DNA of 64,000 bases, taken from the NCBI GenBank assembly GCA_963821775.1, contig CAWGFB010000002.1:160433-224432 (forward strand), in the 5' to 3' direction. The notes below the pieces were generated by a model. It was not told the origin of the DNA. It saw nothing but the letters and a program-made list of their open reading frames with translations, and searched no databases. Origin of the DNA: an uncultured Solirubrobacterales bacterium. GTDB lineage: Bacteria; Actinomycetota; Thermoleophilia; Solirubrobacterales; Solirubrobacteraceae. Below, one piece after another: positions 10,170 to 22,509 of the stretch. The position numbers and the translations under genes were made by a program. The stretch's first letter is position 1. Each line of letters opens with the position of its first letter.

Positions 10170-10221
10170 CAGCGTCCTGGGCACATCATCGCAGAGCGGC
10201 GGGTCGTCAAGATGCTCATAT

Positions 10222-12623
10222 TCAGTGAATCCCCGCAGACTTCGGCTCACCGCCCGCCGCGGCGGCCACCGCTCTGTCTCCCTCTGCGGCCTCCCGGGCG
10301 CCCTCGCCCGGCGCCGGCCACGGCGGCGCGACGCCCGGCTCGCCGAGGCCCGAGGCCTCCCACAGCTCCTCGCCGGTGTGCGGGGCGAAGGGGATCAGCA
10401 GCCGCGCGAGCACCCCCAGCGCCGCCCGCAGCGCCTCGAGGTCCTCGGGGCCGAGCGCGCCGCTGTGCTGCACCACCCGCTTCTCGTAGTCCTTGATGCG
10501 GTCCAGCAGGCGGATCGTGTTCCGCACTGCGCTGTGCATCTCCAGCTCGGCCAGCTCCTCGGTGATCTTCTCCACAGCCGTGTCGCACCATTTCTGCAGA
10601 CGCTGCCTCAGGTGCTCGGTGCGCCGTGGGTCGTGCTCGGCGGCGTCCGGCGCGCCTTGGGCGTCTGGACCGCTCTGCGCGCTCTGCGCGCCTGGGCGTC
10701 GTGGGCGAAGCGGGCGTGTGCGTAGGACCACACGGTGGTGCAGGAACCGGTGGCAGTACTGCACCGCCGAGTCGCTCCAGTTCAGCGACTTCTGCGGGCG
10801 CGCCGCCTACAGCACCGCCAGGCGCACGGTGTCCGCGCCGAAGCGCTCCACGAGCTCGTCGGGGTCCACGACGTTGCCGAGGTGCTTGCTCATCTTGCGC
10901 CCGTCGCGCATGACCATCTCGTGCATCAGGCGCCCGCGAAGGGCTCGCCGTCGGCGAGGAACGCGAGCGGGCCGATGTCGCGCAGCGCCTTCGTCGATGA
11001 TCCGCTGGTCGAACACGAAGTTGCCGCTGTCCGAGCCCGCCACCAGCCGCTCGGAGGGCAGCCAGTCGCGCAGGTCCGCCAGCGCGAGGATCTCCTCCAG
11101 CGGGCGCTCGCGCTCGTCCGGCGGGCACGCACGCGGGCACCCACAGCCACAGCGCGTCGAAGTGGCAGTCGAGCGTGTCGGTCTCCCGCTTGGCGGGGCC
11201 GCCGCAGGCGGGGCACGTCGTGTTCACGAACTCCGCGCAGCTCGGCCAGGGGGTTGCCGGCGCCCGTGGGTTGCAGGTCGCGCGGCAGCACCACCGGCAG
11301 CTGCTCCTTGGGCACGGGCACGGTGCCGCACTGCTCGCAGTAGACGATCGGGATCGGCGTGCCCCACGAGCGCTGGCGGGAGATCGCGAAGTCGAACGCC
11401 CGGTAGCGCACGGCCGGGCGCGCGTCGGGTGGGCGGGGGCGGCGGGGTCGGTGCCGGGAGCCGGCGCATCGGATGCTGCGGCCGGCGCGTCGGGTGCCGC
11501 GTTGGCGTCGGTGCCGCCCGCGCCGCCGGGCTCGGGCGCGAGGCCCAGCCTCTGCGCGATCATCTCGTCGGTGCGGTCGTGCTCGGGGACGCCCAGCACC
11601 GCGGTGGCGCCGTAGCGCGAGTCCACGACCGGCGAGACGTACACCGGCAGCTGCGGGCCGCCCGGCACGGGCCACGGTGCGGCCGGTGTCGACACGAGGG
11701 ATCGTCTCCGCCTCGCGCGCGCTGCGCTCCCACCCGCCGAGGCGCAGTCTTCTCCAGCTGGCGCGCCGACCGCGGGGTCGGCCGCCCACCGTCGACCTCG
11801 GGGTGCCGGGGGGAGATCAGCACGAAGCGGGCGCCGCCGAGGGCGTCGGCGTGGGGCGTGAAGACGGTCGAGCTCGGCCCCGTCCGGCGCGCTGGCAGGT
11901 CGAGCTCGACGCCGTCGACGCGGCCGAGCACGTCTGCTGGCTGGCGAGCGAGATCTCGTCCCAGTGCCGCTCACTCGCGCTGGCCGGCGGCGTCGTTCTC
12001 CTCCAGGTACGCGCTGATGCGCAGGTACCACTGCGGCAGCTGCACGAGCCGCACGGGGTTGTGGCAGCGCCAGCACGTGCCGCCGGGCTCGACCTGGATC
12101 GATCGCGAGCGTCGTCTGGCACGTGTCGCACCAGTCGACGGTGCCGCGTGCCGTGGTAGATCAGCCCCGCCTCGAGCAGCGTCAGGAACAGCCACTGCGA
12201 CCAGCGGTACATGACCGCGTCGGAGCTCATGAACGTGCGCTCCCAGTCGAAGGAGAAGCCGAGCCGTCGAGCTGCCCTGTCATGTGCTCGCGCGCAGCGC
12301 GCGACCCACTCGCTCGGCGGCATCCCGCCGGCGATCGCCCCCAGCTCGGCCGGCAGGCCGAACGCGTCGAAGCCGAACGCGAACAGCACGTCTCCCCGCG
12401 CGCGCGCCGGAAGCGCGCGTAGGCGTCGCCGATCGAGTAGCTGCGCACGTGGCCGATGTGGACGTTGCCCGAGGTGAATGGCGCCGAGGGCTTGATGTAG
12501 AGGTGTGGCTGCCCTCCGCGACGGGCGGGCGTGCGGAACGCGCCGGCCTGCGCCAGCGCCGTCCTGGCGGCGGCGCCTCGACTCGCGTGCGGCTCGTAGC
12601 GGCGTCGGCTCGCGGTCGCTCAT
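10222..12623 (-). CDS. Divergent leucyl-tRNA synthetase-like class I ligase (frameshifted in this assembly)
   Basis: Across frames: [70 protein letters not shown]. Confidence 0.85.
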
Positions 12624-12792
12624 GCCGACCGAGGATAGCCGAGGGCCGATCTCCCACGCAGGCGACGATTGCTATGCTCCCTCACTTGGCCGCGGTCTGC
12701 CAACCGGCGTCGCGGCGCGAACGCCCGCACCCTCCTCCTCGCCCCGCCGAGCGCGGCGTCTTCTCGTCCGCGTGCGCTGCGAGGATGCACTG

Positions 12793-13991
12793 ATGGAGAT
12801 CGAGATCGGACGCGGCAAGAAGGCCCGCCGGGCATACGGCTTCGACGACATCGCGATCGTGCCCTCGCGGCGCACGCGCGACCCCGACGACATCGACATC
12901 TCCTGGAAGCTCGGGCCCTACCAGTTCGAGCTGCCGATGCTGGCCTCCGCGATGGACGGCGTCGTCTCGCCCGAGACCGCGGGCATCATCGGCCGGCTCG
13001 GCGGCCTCGCGGTGCTCAACCTCGAGGGCATCTTCACCCGCTACGAGGACGCCGAGGAGCAGCTCGAGCGGATCGCCGCGCTGCCGCAAGGAGGAGGCCA
13101 CGCGCGAGATGCAGGAGATCTACCGCGAGCCCGTCAAGGCGGAGCTGATCGCGCAGCGCATCGCGGAGATCAAGGAGCAGAAGGTGGTCGTCGCCGCCTC
13201 GCTCACGCCGCAGCGCGTGCTCCGCTACCACGAGGTCGCGATCGAGGCGGGCCTCGACGTGCTCGTGATCCAGGGCACGGTCGTCTCCGGCGAGCACGTC
13301 TCGACCGTCTCCGAGCCGCTCAACCTCAAGGAGTTCATCCCCACGCTCGACGTGCCCGTCGTCGTCGGCGGCTGCGCCTCCTACCACACGGGCCTGCACC
13401 TGATGCGCACCGGCGCCGCCGGCGTGCTCGTCGGCGTCGGGCCCGGGCGCGGCCTGCACGACGCGCGGCGTGCTCGGCATCGGCGTGCCCGCAGGCCACG
13501 GCGATCGCCGACGTCGCGCACGCCCGCTCCACGCACATGCTCGAGACCGGCGAGTACTGCCAGGTGATCGCCGACGGCGGGATGCGCAACGGCGGCGACG
13601 TCTCCAAGGCGATCGCGCTCGGCGCCGACGCGGTCATGATCGGCTCGCCGCTCGCGCGCGCCTACGAGGCGCCCGGGCCGCGGCTTCCACTGGGGGATGG
13701 CGACCTTCCACCCGACGCTGCCGCGCGGCGCGCGCGTGGCCACCGCGCAGAACGGGACGCTGGAGGAGATCCTCGTCGGGCCCGCGCGCGAGAACGACGG
13801 CACGTTCAACCTGTTCGGCGGCCTGCGCACCTCGATGGCGACCTGCGGCCACAAGGACCTCGCCGAGTTCAACCGCGCCGAGGTCGTCGTCGCGCCCGTC
13901 GCTGCAGACCGAGGGCAAGGCGCTGCAGCGCGAGCAGGGCGTCGGCATGGGCGCGACCAACGGGAAGGCCGCTGCGCTCGTCAATGAGTGA
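12793..13991 (+). CDS. guaB: GuaB3-family IMP dehydrogenase-related protein (frameshifted)
   Basis: [44 protein letters not shown]. Confidence 0.88.
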
Positions 13992-15653
13992 GGCCGCGGC
14001 CTCCGCTCCCGCTGCGACCGAAGGGGCCGCCGGCAGTCGCAGAGGGCGGAGCGGGACGCAGCGCGCGAGCTCGACGCCGCACGGCTACCGAGACGGTAGG
14101 TCGTCGTGCTCGACTACGGCGGCCAGTACTCGCAGCTGATCGCGCGCCGGGTGCGCGACTGCGGGGTGTTCTCCGAGCTGCTCCCCCACCACGCGCCGCT
14201 GGCGGAGATCGCGCGCGCGCAAGCCGCGCGGGATCATCCTCTCCGGCGGGCCCGGCGTCGGTGTACGCGCCGGGCGCGCCGCCGCTGGAGCGGGGGCTGC
14301 TGGAGCTCGGGGTGCCGGTGCTGGGCATCTGTTACGGCATGCAGCTGCTCGTGCACGAGCTCGGCGGCCGCGTCGAGGAGGCGGAGGTCGGGGAGTTCGG
14401 CCGCTCCGAGCTGCACGTCACCGAGCCCGGCGTGCTGCTGCGCGGGACTGCCGCGCGAGCAGACCTGCTGGATGTCCCACCGCGACACCGTCTTCGAGCC
14501 GCCGCCGGGCTTCACGGCGCTGGCCTCCTCGCACCGCCTCGCCGGTGGCGGCGGTCGAGAGCGCCGAGCGGGGCATCTACGGCATCCAGTTCCACCCCGA
14601 GGTCGTGCACACCCCCTACGGCCAGGAGATCCTGACGCCGCTTCCTCACGGAGGTGTGCGGCTGCGAGCCGACGTGGTCGCGCGGCCTCGATCGTCGAGG
14701 AGCAGGTCGCGCCGCATCCGCGAGCAGGTGGGCGAGCGGCCGGGTGATCTGCGGCCTCTCCGGGGGCGTGGACTCCTCGGTGGCGGCGCTGCTCGTGCAC
14801 CGCGCGGTGGGCGACCAGCTGACGTGCGTGTTCGTCGACCACGGCCTGATGCGCAAGGACGAGGGCGAGCAGGTCATGGCGACCTTCCGCGACACTTTCA
14901 AGGTGCCGCTCGTCGCGGTCGACGCCGAGCAGCGCTTCCTGGAGCGGCTGCGCGGCGTCACCGAGCCCGGAGGCCAAGCGCAAGGCGATCGGCGCCGAGT
15001 TCATCCGCGTCTTCGAGGAGGAGGCCGCCAAGCTCGCCGGGGACGGCGGCGAGCGGCGCGCGCTTCCTCGTGCAGGGCACGCTCTACTCCGACGTGATCG
15101 AGTCCGGCGGCGGCGCGGGGGCCGCGACGATCAAGTCCCACCACAACGTCGGCGGGCTCCCCGAGGACCTGCGCTTCGAGCTGGTGGAGCCGCTGCGCGC
15201 GCTCTTCAAGGACGAGGTGCGCGCGGTCGGCGCCGAGCTCGGCCTGCCCGAGCGCCTGGTCTGGCGCCAGCCGTTCCCCGGGCCCGGGCCTCGCGATCCG
15301 GATCGTCGGCGGCGAAGCGACGCAAGGAGCGCCTGGACGTGCTGCGCGAGGCCGACCACATCCTGCAGGAGGAGATCCGCCGCGCCGGCCTCTACCGCGA
15401 GCTGTGGCAGTCCTTCTGCGTGCTGCCCGACGTCCGCACCGTCGGCGTGCAGGGCGACGAGCGCACCTACGGGTACGTGGTCGTGATCCGCGCGGTGACC
15501 AGCGACGACGCGATGACGGCCGACTGGGCGCGCCTGCCCTACGACCTGCTGGAGACGATCGCCTCGCGCATGATCGGGCGAGCTGCGCGAGGTCAACCGG
15601 GTGGTGCTTGGACATCACGTCGCAAGCCGCCCGGCACGATCGAGTGGGAGTAG
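13984..15653 (+). CDS. guaA: GMP synthase (glutamine-hydrolysing; frameshifted)
   Basis: [55 protein letters not shown]. Confidence 0.93.
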
Positions 15654-15725
15654 CTCACGCCTGCATCGGGCGCGACTTCGCCTATGTCGCCGCGCCGCGC
15701 GACGTCTGCGTGCGGCCTTTTTCAC

Positions 15726-16167
15726 GTGCACTGAAGACCTACGTCGCCAAGCCCACCGACCGCGAGCGCAACTGGCTGCTCGTCGACGCCAACGGCCAGA
15801 CCCTCGGCCGGCTGGCGACGCAGATCGCCGACGTGCTGCGCGGCAAGCGCAAGCCCGAGTACACGCCGCACATCGACACCGGCGACTTCGTCGTGGTCAT
15901 CAACGCCGAGAAGATCGCGCGTGACCGGCAACAAGCGCACCGACAAGCGCTACTACCGCCACTCCGGCTACCCGGGCGGCCTGCGCTCGCGCTCCTTCGA
16001 GGAGATGCTCGCGCGCCGGCCCGAGGAGATCATCCGGCATCGCCGTGCAAGGGATGATGCCCCGCAACCGCCTCGCCCGCAAGCAGCTCACGAAGCTCAA
16101 GATCTACGCCGGCCCCGAGCACCCGCACGTCGCGCAGAAGCCCGCGCCGCTGGAGATCAAGACCTGA
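15726..16167 (+). CDS. rplM: 50S ribosomal protein L13 (frameshifted; start approximate)
   Basis: [44 protein letters not shown]. Confidence 0.93.
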
Positions 16168-17045
16168 TGGCCGACGAGCCCACGCCGGAGGAGGTCGAGG
16201 AGCCCGTCGCCGCGGAGACGCCTGCGGCCGCCGAGCCGGTCGCGGAGGAGCCCGTGGCCGTGGAGGAGCCCGTGGCCGTGGAGGAGCCAGCCGTGCGGAG
16301 CCGGTCGCCGCCGAGCAGCCGGCGCCCGAGCCCGTCGCCGAGGAGACGGCGGCTGTTGAGGAGCCGGTGGCCGAGCAGCCGGCGCCCGAGCCCGTCGCCG
16401 AGGAGGGTGCCGCGGCCGAGGCTGCCGAGGAGGAGGACGAGGAGGAGGAGCCTGCGCCGCGCGGTGAAGCCCGCGGTGCCGGGCGCCCACCTGGAAGTGG
16501 ACATCGTCCCGAGGGCGTGGACCCGCTCGGCGCGGCGAGGCCCCCGCGGACCCCTACGCGATCGAGGAGTACGAGGAGGAGGCGGTCGCGGCTGAGGAGG
16601 CCGAGGAGGAGCCGGCGCTGCCGCAGCCGATCTCCACGGCCGCGATCGACCTTGCGTCAGGCGCCCGCTACCGCGCGACCGGCAAGCGCAAGACCGCGAT
16701 CGCGCGCGTGACCCTGCGTCCGGGCAGTGGCACGTACTCGTCAACGGGCGCACGCTGGAGGAGCACTTCCCGCGGATCACGCTGCAGCGCAACATCCGCC
16801 AGCCGCTGGAGACGGTGGGCTACGAGGAGCGCATGGACGTGGTCGCGCGGCTGCACGGCGGCGGCATCTCCGCGCAGGCCGGCGCGCTGCGCCACGGCGT
16901 CTCCCGCGCGCTGCTGGAGGCCGACCCGAACCTCCGCGGCGAGCTCAAGCGCCGCGGCTTCCTCACGCGCGACGCGCGCGCCAAGGAGCGCAAGAAGGCG
17001 GGGCTGAAGAAGGCGCGCAAGCGGCCGCAGTTCTCCAAGCGCTAG
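16167..17045 (+). CDS. rpsI: 30S ribosomal protein S9 with long acidic N-terminal extension (frameshifted)
   Basis: [46 protein letters not shown]; TGATG coupling to rplM. Confidence 0.93.
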
Positions 17046-17092
17046 GGTTCGCGGGCCTCAAGACCGACCCGCCTCGCTGCCGACACCCCCTC

Positions 17093-18414
17093 ATGGCACG
17101 CAAGCTGTTCGGTACCGACGGCGTCCGGGGGGTCGCCGGCGAGCTGTTGAGCGCCGAGCTCGCGCTCGCGCCTCGGCCGCGCCGCGACCGTGCTCGCGCA
17201 GGCCGAGCGTCCCGCAGGTGCTGATCGTCCGCGACACCCGCGAGTCGGGGGAGATGCTGCAGGCGGCCCTGGCCGCCGGCGTCGCCGCGGCCGGCGGCGA
17301 CGCGCTGCTCGGCGGGGTGCTGCCGACGCCCGCCGCGCCGCTGCTGATCGCCCGCTACGGCTTCGACCTCGCCGCGGTCATCTCCGCCTCGCACAACCCC
17401 TACCGCGACAACGGCATCAAGTTCTTCGGCGCCGACGGCTTCAAGCTCTCCGACGAGGCCGAGCTGCAGATCGAGCGGGAGCTCGAGGGCGCGGTCCCCA
17501 CCGGACGCCCGGCGATCGGCCACGTGCGCGAGCTGCACGGCACCGGCGAGGACTACCTGCGCGAGCTGCACACTCGCTTCGCCGCGCTGGACCTGAGCGG
17601 CGTGGACGTGCTGCTGGACTGCGCCCACGGCGCCACCTACCGCGTCGCGCCGGAGATCTTCAGGCGCCTCGGCGCGGACGTGACCGTGGTCGCGGACGCC
17701 CCCGACGGGCGCAACATCAACGACGGCTGCGGCTCGACCCATGTGGAGGAGCTCGCGCGGCAGGTGCTCGCCGGGGGCCACGCCGTCGGCTTCGCGTTCG
17801 ACGGCGACGGCGACCGCGTGCTCGCCGTGGACGGCGCGGGTCAGGTGGTCGACGGCGACGAGCTGATGGCGCTCGCGGCGCTGCACCTCAAGCGCTCCGG
17901 GCGCCTCGCCGGCGGCGGGGTGGTGGTGACCGTGATGACCAACTACGGCTTCCACGCCGCGATGCGCGCCGCCGAGATCGACGTCGCCTCCACGCGCGTC
18001 GGCGATCGCTACGTGCTGGAGGAGCTGCGCGCGCGGGGCTGGGTGCTCGGCGGCGAGCAGTCCGGGCACATCATCGACGTGGGCTTCAACCGCTCCGGCG
18101 ACGGCATCGCCTCCGCGCTGCTCGCGCTGGAGGCGCTCGCCGGCGCCCCGCTCAGTGCGCGCGACGCGATGCACAAGCTCCCCCAGCGGTTGGTCAACGT
18201 GACGGTGCGCGACCGCGGGGCGCTGGAGCACGCCGCCGTCGTCACCGACGCGGTGCGCGCCGCCGACGCGGCGCTCGCCGGTCGCGGGCGCGTGCTCGTG
18301 CGCCCCTGCGGCACCGAGCCGCTCGTGCGCGTGATGGTCGAGGCGCCGACGGACGACGAGGCCGACACGGTCTGCGCGGAGCTGGTGGCGCTCGTGGAGC
18401 GGGAGCTGGCCTGA
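17093..18414 (+). CDS. glmM: Phosphoglucosamine mutase (frameshift near 5' end)
   Basis: RKLFGTDGVRG, ISASHNP, FDGDGDR, GGEQSGH. Confidence 0.95.
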
Positions 18415-18553
18415 CGGCGTCTCGTCGCGCCTGGCGGCGTCCTCGATCGCTCGTGTGCAGAGCACACTTCGCTCACTGCGTCCTTGCCAGCCACGACGAG
18501 CCACTCGTCAGGAGGGCTTGTCTGGATTTGAGCGGCCGGGCACTCGCGGACCC

Positions 18554-19863
18554 TCACCTCGACGGCAGAGCCAGACGGTGCGAGCGGGCGATCTGCGCGG
18601 CCATGCGCTCCTCGACGCCGACCTGCGCGGCGAGCTCCGGCCAGCCCGCGACGACCTCGACGACCTCCGCGAGGACGCGCTCGGCGCGACCGCGCGGCAG
18701 GCCGGCCACGCGCGCGACCGCGCGCAGGTCGGCGACGGTGAACCCGTCGCGGCGGCCGTTGAGCGACATCTGGTGGCTGCCGAGCCACGGGTTGCCGGGC
18801 CGCCACGCCCAGTCACGTCGTACGCGGGGGCGAGCGACCACGCGCCCGTCGCGGTCCATCAGGAAGGCGGCGTTCTTGACGTGGTCGTCCTGGTTGCGCG
18901 CGACGACGTTGAAGACCATGCGCCGGTACTGCTGTTCGGCCGCCGGCGTGCCGAGGCCCAGACGGCGGGTCAGCAGCAGCAGCTGCTCGTAGCTGTAGGT
19001 GCCGGGCTCGTTGTAGCTGATGTGCTCGAGCGCGCCGACGGTCTGCATGTGCAGCTTGCCGCCGCCGCCGGGCCGGTCGAAGCGGCGCGTCATGAAGTGG
19101 CGGCGGCCGTGCTCCTCCAGCAGGCGGCACTCGCTCATCTCGACGCCGGCTGCGCGGGCCATGCGCGCGTACGCGTACTCGATGGCGCCCCACCCCCGGG
19201 GGTCGGCGAGGCCGTGGTCGCCGGCGTGCGCGACCCCGTCGAACTTCAGTAGCCAGTGGCGGAAGCCCTCGCCGACCTGCACCTGCCCGGAGCGGACCTG
19301 GCCGGTGGCCTCGTTGTAGGCGATGAACGCCTTCGGGCGCGCTCCGCCGGCGGAGCTGCCGATGGCGAGGATCGCCTTCATCGCCTCCTCGTCGGGGTCT
19401 TCACTCAGCTCGGTCACGAACTCTGTGCGCCGGGCCAGCACCTCGCCGGCGAGCCGCACGAGCTCTGAGACCTGCAGGTCGGCCTCGCCGGGGGGGCGGT
19501 GGGCTCGTGCGCGGGCTGGAACTCGAGCGCGCCGACGCCGCGCGTGCCCACGTAGCAAAGCCGCTGCACGACGTCGAAGCTCGACTCCTCGCGCCCCTGC
19601 GCGGCCAACCACGCGTTGACGAGCGCCGTGCCCCACCGGTCCGGCAGCGAGTCGGCCAGCAACCCGGGCACGCCCCGGAACGCGTCCTCGGGCAGGCCCG
19701 GGAAGGCGTAGGGCTGGGCGCGCAACGGCATCCGCGCGGGGGCGACCTCGATGCCGGAGCGCACGAACGCCGGGTCGTACTGGAACGTCGCGTACCGCGC
19801 GCCCGCGTCGATCGAGACCGCCGCGATGCGCGCTCCCCACAACGTCACGGCCGCGACGGTCAT
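18554..19863 (-). CDS. hipA: HipA-family kinase toxin (frameshifted)
   Basis: HipA-N couple domain (FQYDP, DSLPDRWG), SSAGGARPKA, WLLKFDG, RRFDR, RNQDDHVKN. Confidence 0.9.
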
Positions 19864-20237
19864 GGCGGCGCACCCGGCTCCTCGCCCCACCGCCACGGCT
19901 GCGCGGGGGGCTCGGCGGAGGGCCGCCGCCGCGCGCGTCGCCGTGGCCGCTCGCGTGCGGGGCGCTGCTCGCGCTCCAGCTGCACGATCGGGTGCACGCC
20001 CGGCTCGGGCACGGCCGCATCGAGGTTCCCGAGCAGGCTCAGTGCGCGCAGCAGCTTGACCAGCGAGGTCGCCTGCACGGAGTGGCCCCGCTCCGCGCGT
20101 TGCACGGTCGCCTGGCCGACGCCGGCCTCCGCGGCCAGCTCGGCCTGCGTCCAGTTGCGCGCGAGGCGGTGGCCGGCCAGACGGCGGCCGAGCTCGGCGA
20201 GCGCGACAGAGGTGGGGATGTTGTCGTCTATGAGCAT
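19860..20237 (-). CDS. XRE HTH antitoxin (HipB-like)
   Basis: RLARNWTQAELAAEAGVGQATVQRAERG; ATGA overlap with hipA. Confidence 0.88.
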   Translation of the reverse strand: MLIDDNIPTSVALAELGRRLAGHRLARNWTQAELAAEAGVGQATVQRAERGHSVQATSLVKLLRALSLLGNLDAAVPEPGVHPIVQLEREQRPARERPRRRARRRPSAEPPAQPWRWGEEPGAPP

Positions 20238-20374
20238 CGATTCTGATGTGTTAGGCCGATTTTCTGGGATAGTGCATCGGAACTGATGTTGACTATAGCA
20301 CGAGTAAGGGAAGTACTGTAAGTCATTTATGATGCATTATCGCGTTAAACGTAGATAACACATCATTTCTGATG
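20235..20374. promoter_or_regulatory. Four CATC-N6-GATG operator-like inverted repeats and extended -10 upstream of hipBA
   Basis: CATCGATTCTGATG 20235, CATCGGAACTGATG 20275, AGTCATTTATGATG 20321, CATCATTTCTGATG 20361; TGcTATAGT on minus strand at 20300-20292. Confidence 0.7.
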
Positions 20375-20551
20375 GCTTTCTGCGAAAGGGCTCGTGGGAC
20401 TAAGTGGATCCTCTCGCTCTCTCGGAGCCCTGCGGCGGACATCTGTTCGAGGCCCCCGCGGGCCGGTGGTATCTTCGACAGCAGCCTCCATCAGGAGACG
20501 GGAGTCGGCGTGCCAGGAACCCCGACCTCCCCACGCGAAAGGACTGGGACC

Positions 20552-22482
20552 GTGTGCGGCATCGTCGGCTACGTCGGCAGGCGGGAGGGCCAGGAGGGCC
20601 GTCCTACAGTCAGGGAGCTGCTGCTCGAGGGGCTGCGCCGGCTCGAGTACCGCGGCTACGACTCCGCCGGCATCTCGGTGATCGTCGAGGACCGTATCGA
20701 GGCCGTGCGCGCCGTCGGCAACCTCAGCGCGCTGGAGGCCAAGCTGCGCGCCGCCGGCCTCGGCGGCGCCGCGGACGCGCCCGGTGCGGCGGGCGGCCCG
20801 GCCGTGGCGACGCTCGCGCGGCCCGCCACCACCGGCATCGCGCACACCCGCTGGGCGACGCACGGGCGCGTCAACGAGGCCAACGCCCACCCCCACTACG
20901 ACAGCGGCGACCGCGTGCACGTGGTCGTCAACGGGATCGTCGAGAACTACCTGCCGCTGCGCGAGTGCCTGCGCGCCGCGGGCGGGGACTTCACCTCCGA
21001 GACCGACGCCGAGGTGATCGCCCACCTGATCGCCCACCACTACGCGGGCGACCTCGCGGAGGCCGTGCGCGCCGCGTACGGCGAGCTGCGCGGCCACTTC
21101 GCGTTCGTGGCGATGAGCCTCGACGAGCCCGAGACGCTCGTCGGCGCGCGCCGCGAGTGCCCGCTGGTCGTCGGCCGCGGCGAGGGCGAGCAGTGCGTCG
21201 CCTCGGCCGTGCCCGCGTTCCTCGCGCACACCCGCGCCGTGCAGTACCTCGAGAACGGCGAGCTGGTCGTGCTCACGCCCCGACGGCGTGACCGTCACCA
21301 CGCCCGACGGCGCGGTCGTGGAGCGGGCCGTCGAGACCGTCGACTGGGACGAGGAGACCGCCGAGAAGGGCGGCTTCGAGACGTTCATGCTCAAGGAGAT
21401 CCACGAACAGGCCGACGCCGTCGCCGAGACGATCGCCGATCGCACCGCCCGCGCCGACGGCGTGGACCTGCAGGAGCTCGGGGAGCTGGAGAGGCGCGCT
21501 CGCGGACGTCGGCCGCGTCGTGGTCGTCGCCTGCGGGACCTCCTTCCACGCGGGGTTGATCGGCCGCTACGCGATCGAGGAGTGGGCGCGCGTGCCCGTC
21601 GAGGTCGAGGTCGCCTCCGAGTACCGCTACCGCAACCCCGTGCTCGGCCCCGGCGACCTCGTGATCGGCATCTCCCAGTCCGGCGAGACGGCTGACACGC
21701 TCGCCGCGATGCGCCTCGCGCGCGAACGCGGCGCCACCGTGCTCGCCGTCACCAACGTGATGGGCTCGCAGGCCACGCGCGACGCCGACGCCGTGCTCTT
21801 CACCCGCGCGGGCCTGGAGATCGGCGTCGCCGCCACCAAGACGTTCGTGTGCCAGGTCGCCGTGCTGTACCTGCTCGGCCTGCGCCTCGCCGAGCTGCGC
21901 GGCACGCTGGCCCCGGAGCGCCTGGCCGCACTGCTCGCCGACGTCAAGCGCCTGCCCCACTGCCTCTCTGAGCTCACCGGCCCCGCCGACGGATCCGGCG
22001 GCGTCGTGCCGCTCGTGCGGCGGATCGCCGCGGAGCACTACCAGCGGAGTTCTTCCTCTACATCGGCCGCCACGTCGGCCTGCCCGCCGCCCTGGAGGGC
22101 GCGCTGAAGCTCAAGGAGATCTCCTACATCGCCACCGACGCGTACGCCGCCGGCGAGATGAAGCACGGCCCGATCGCGCTGCTGGACGAGTCCACCCCGG
22201 TCGTGTGCGTCGCCACCGACTCGCCCGTGCTCGAGAAGGTCGCCTCCAACATCCAGGAGGTCCGCGCGCGCGGCGCGCACGTGATCGCGGTCGTCGACCG
22301 AGGGCTCGCCGGAGATCCTGGAGCACGTGGATGCGGCGATCCCGGTGCCCGCGGTGGACTGGATGTTGCAGCCGATTCTTGCGGTGGTGCCTTTGCAGCT
22401 GCTCGCGTACGAGATCGCGCGGCGGCGTGGGCTGAACGTCGACCAGCCGCGGAACCTGGCGAAGACGGTCACGGTCGAGTAG
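20552..22482 (+). CDS. glmS: Glutamine--fructose-6-phosphate aminotransferase (frameshifted)
   Basis: [55 protein letters not shown]. Confidence 0.95.
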
Positions 22483-22509
22483 CCGCACGCGCCGTTAGGA
22501 TCGCTCCTC

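Noticed and set aside
10800-22400. Apparent mass pseudogenisation or programmed frameshifting of guaB, guaA, rplM, rpsI, glmM, glmS and the LeuRS-like gene
   Set aside because: Single-base indels hit essential genes in one block while motifs stay intact, which is typical of low-coverage long-read consensus error.
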